A DNA stretch of 64,000 nucleotides from a virus, in the IMG/VR virus record IMGVR_UViG_3300035152_000026, positions 22,002-86,001 of that record. One strand, given 5' to 3'. This document shows, piece by piece, positions 62,227 through 64,000 of this stretch; the stretch's first letter is position 1; every line of letters starts with the position of its first letter. The notes below the pieces were generated by a model. It was given only the letters and a program-made list of their open reading frames with translations. It was not told the DNA's origin and did not search any database. A program made the translations under genes and the position numbers.

Positions 62227-63810
62227 ATGCCAGCACGCGTTTACAAGTATGGAGCCCGCCCTAGCCAAGATCCGAACTTGCTCAGGCAGATGAGGCTAGG
62301 CCGTCAGTACTACAACGCGCTCGTTGAAGCGGAGAACAAGCGGCGCCAAATCGGATGGGGCGGCGAATCTCCGCCACCACCACCGCACCGAGGTAGATGT
62401 CAGTGCGAGAAGTGCCAAGATGCATGGGCGAAGACGTCGCCTCCCCACGAGAAGTACGACTGCGACTGCGCTGAGTGCGAAAAGCACCGCGAGGCGCACC
62501 CGGCAGAGCACGACAACTGTAAGTGTGCGGCTTGCCGCGCGCACTGGAATGCAGTGTGGGCAGCTACCCGTGCTATACCGCTACTCGACGTTCGTCCATT
62601 ACGAACTACATGGGCGGCGAAAGGACTCTACTGGGGAACCTACAACGTGATCGAACAGGCCTTCTCGGCAGCCTGGCAACACACGTCTCTGCTCCGCCCG
62701 GTGAAATTCCGGTCGTGGCGCAAAGGAGACGTCGCGGCCGTCCAAATTCAACCCGGAAGAGATCCTCATCGGTACGTACAGACTCACAAAGCGCCAGACG
62801 CACGGACAGGAAGACGTACACGTAACGGACTTGGACGGCACACGGTAGAAATTAGGATCGGCAGCAATGGGGCTACACCCATTTTCTGCACCCCGATCCG
62901 CATAGAAAAGCACCGCGAGCTGTCTGGACAAATCACACATGTCCATGTGCGGCGGCGTTACAATGCCGATCAGCAGGTTTGGTCGGTCGCGTTCACTTGC
63001 AAGGATGCTGACCCAAGGACGGACGCGGCCGAGGAAGGCGTCGTTGCGGTAGACGTCAGCTGGCGCAAGATGCCTGACGGCTCCTGGCGATTGGGCTACG
63101 CGCGTGATGCGGCCGGTCACGTGAGTGAGCTACGCATGCCAGTCAGTTGGACGGCACGCGCTGACCGTGCGGAGAAGATCCACTCACACCGTGACAAGCG
63201 CCTCAACGAAGTACGGGCGTGCTGGCCTGTAGTCGGTAAGACGAAATCCTGCCAAAAGGCTGTACGAAGACTACGTAGTCTAGGAGTACTCACCGCGGAT
63301 CAAGACGCGTGGGTTGCACGCGAAATGCATCTCTGGCGGTATGAGTGCGGTTGCTGGCGGCGTAGCCGAACCGGACGTCGCGCAGCGCTGCGTGAATGGG
63401 TGCGTGAGCTACGCTGTCAATACGCGGCTGTCATCGTCAAGAATACAGGGCACAAGAAGATCAAGGAGGAACACGGGCTGCCTCAGAAGGCTCAACGGCA
63501 AGGACAACATGCGGCACCAGGAGAAACAGTGGAGGTGCTACGGGAAGTGTTTGGCGCCGATGGAATGCGGATCGTAGAAGCGAAGCACACGAGTGCGCGT
63601 TGCCCCGATTGTGGCACAATCACTCCCGTGAACGGACAACGCATGCTTCGTTGCGAGGGGTGTGGTACGCAACGAGACTGCGACGACATAAGCACCCGAA
63701 ACATGTGGGCCCTCTACCAAGCCGGCAAATGGAAAAAACCTACCGCTCGAAAAACGACCTCCAGGTTCGCGAAACGGCACAAGAAAAACGAGGTGCCCCC
63801 GGAATGCTAG
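62227..63810 (+). CDS. compact TnpB/Cas12-like RNA-guided nuclease homolog (527 aa)
   Basis: SD aaggag. RuvC-I-like VVAVDVS. Conserved VEAKHTSARCPDCG...CEGCG zinc finger followed by RDCDDISTRNM RuvC-III-like segment. Stop codon embedded in the first CRISPR-like repeat. Confidence 0.8.
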   Translation: MPARVYKYGARPSQDPNLLRQMRLGRQYYNALVEAENKRRQIGWGGESPPPPPHRGRCQCEKCQDAWAKTSPPHEKYDCDCAECEKHREAHPAEHDNCKCAACRAHWNAVWAATRAIPLLDVRPLRTTWAAKGLYWGTYNVIEQAFSAAWQHTSLLRPVKFRSWRKGDVAAVQIQPGRDPHRYVQTHKAPDARTGRRTRNGLGRHTVEIRIGSNGATPIFCTPIRIEKHRELSGQITHVHVRRRYNADQQVWSVAFTCKDADPRTDAAEEGVVAVDVSWRKMPDGSWRLGYARDAAGHVSELRMPVSWTARADRAEKIHSHRDKRLNEVRACWPVVGKTKSCQKAVRRLRSLGVLTADQDAWVAREMHLWRYECGCWRRSRTGRRAALREWVRELRCQYAAVIVKNTGHKKIKEEHGLPQKAQRQGQHAAPGETVEVLREVFGADGMRIVEAKHTSARCPDCGTITPVNGQRMLRCEGCGTQRDCDDISTRNMWALYQAGKWKKPTARKTTSRFAKRHKKNEVPPEC

Positions 63811-64000
63811 CTCGATGGCTACTCAATCGAGACAGTCGGGTGTGCGTTTCAAACCACTGGCGCAGCCGCCCCGGAATGCCAGCTCGATGACTACTCAATC
63901 GAGACAGCTCGCGTGCAATTGCCGCGGCCAAAGCTTTCTGCCACCCGAAATGCTAGCTCGATGGCTACTCAATCGAGACGCGTAGCGGAAGCCAGTTCGC
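63798..64000 (+). CRISPR. CRISPR-like array (at least 3 repeats of 36 nt; continues past window end)
   Basis: Repeats at 63798-63833, 63870-63905 and 63944-63979 (CCCGGAATGCTAGCTCGATGGCTACTCAATCGAGAC with 1-2 substitutions). Spacers 36 and 38 nt. Internal hairpin CTCGAT/ATCGAG. Confidence 0.6.

Noticed and set aside
62227-63810. Ordinary IS200/IS605 TnpB insertion
   Set aside because: No TnpA (Y1 transposase) is nearby. No obvious subterminal hairpin ends are present. The 3' flank consists of repeat-spacer units rather than a single omegaRNA scaffold. This cannot be fully excluded without homology searches.
63740-63931. 63-aa minus-strand ORF over the repeat region
   Set aside because: Its sequence (LSRLSSHRA repeated) is just the translation of the CRISPR-like repeats.

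Overview
High-GC (~60-65%), densely packed and almost entirely plus-strand-coding phage-like region, probably a temperate phage or prophage of a high-GC Gram-negative host. Recognisable content includes a tyrosine integrase (43811-44914), a hyper-repetitive Gly-rich tail-fibre-like protein (8029-11127), putative glycan-modifying enzymes (two sulfotransferase domains, two GT-A glycosyltransferases, an FGE/SUMF1-like lipoprotein), a MoxR AAA+ ATPase with a VWA/metallopeptidase partner, thioredoxin, two HAD nucleotidase-like proteins, a pentapeptide-repeat protein, an FHA-domain protein, a GHKL-type ATPase, an outer-membrane beta-barrel-like protein, DUF4160/DUF2442-like proteins, two paralogous ribbon-helix-helix (RHH) proteins, and many small zinc-ribbon proteins. 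No terminase, portal or capsid gene is recognisable, so the element probably extends beyond this window. Two operator-like inverted-repeat motif families recur in promoter regions: GATCGCG-GA-CGCGATC (4 copies) and GGCCCC-GA-GGGGCC (at least 13 copies, typically 6-19 bp upstream of start codons). The most striking feature is at the 3' end. A compact (527 aa) TnpB/Cas12-like RuvC plus zinc-finger protein (62227-63810) has its stop codon embedded in the first repeat of a CRISPR-like array of 36-nt hairpin repeats with 36-38-nt spacers, which runs off the window. From the sequence alone, the protein appears to carry Lys in place of the RuvC-II catalytic Glu and has an N-terminal triple CxCxxC insertion. 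It is a candidate undescribed phage-encoded miniature type V-like, possibly nuclease-inactive, RNA-guided system.
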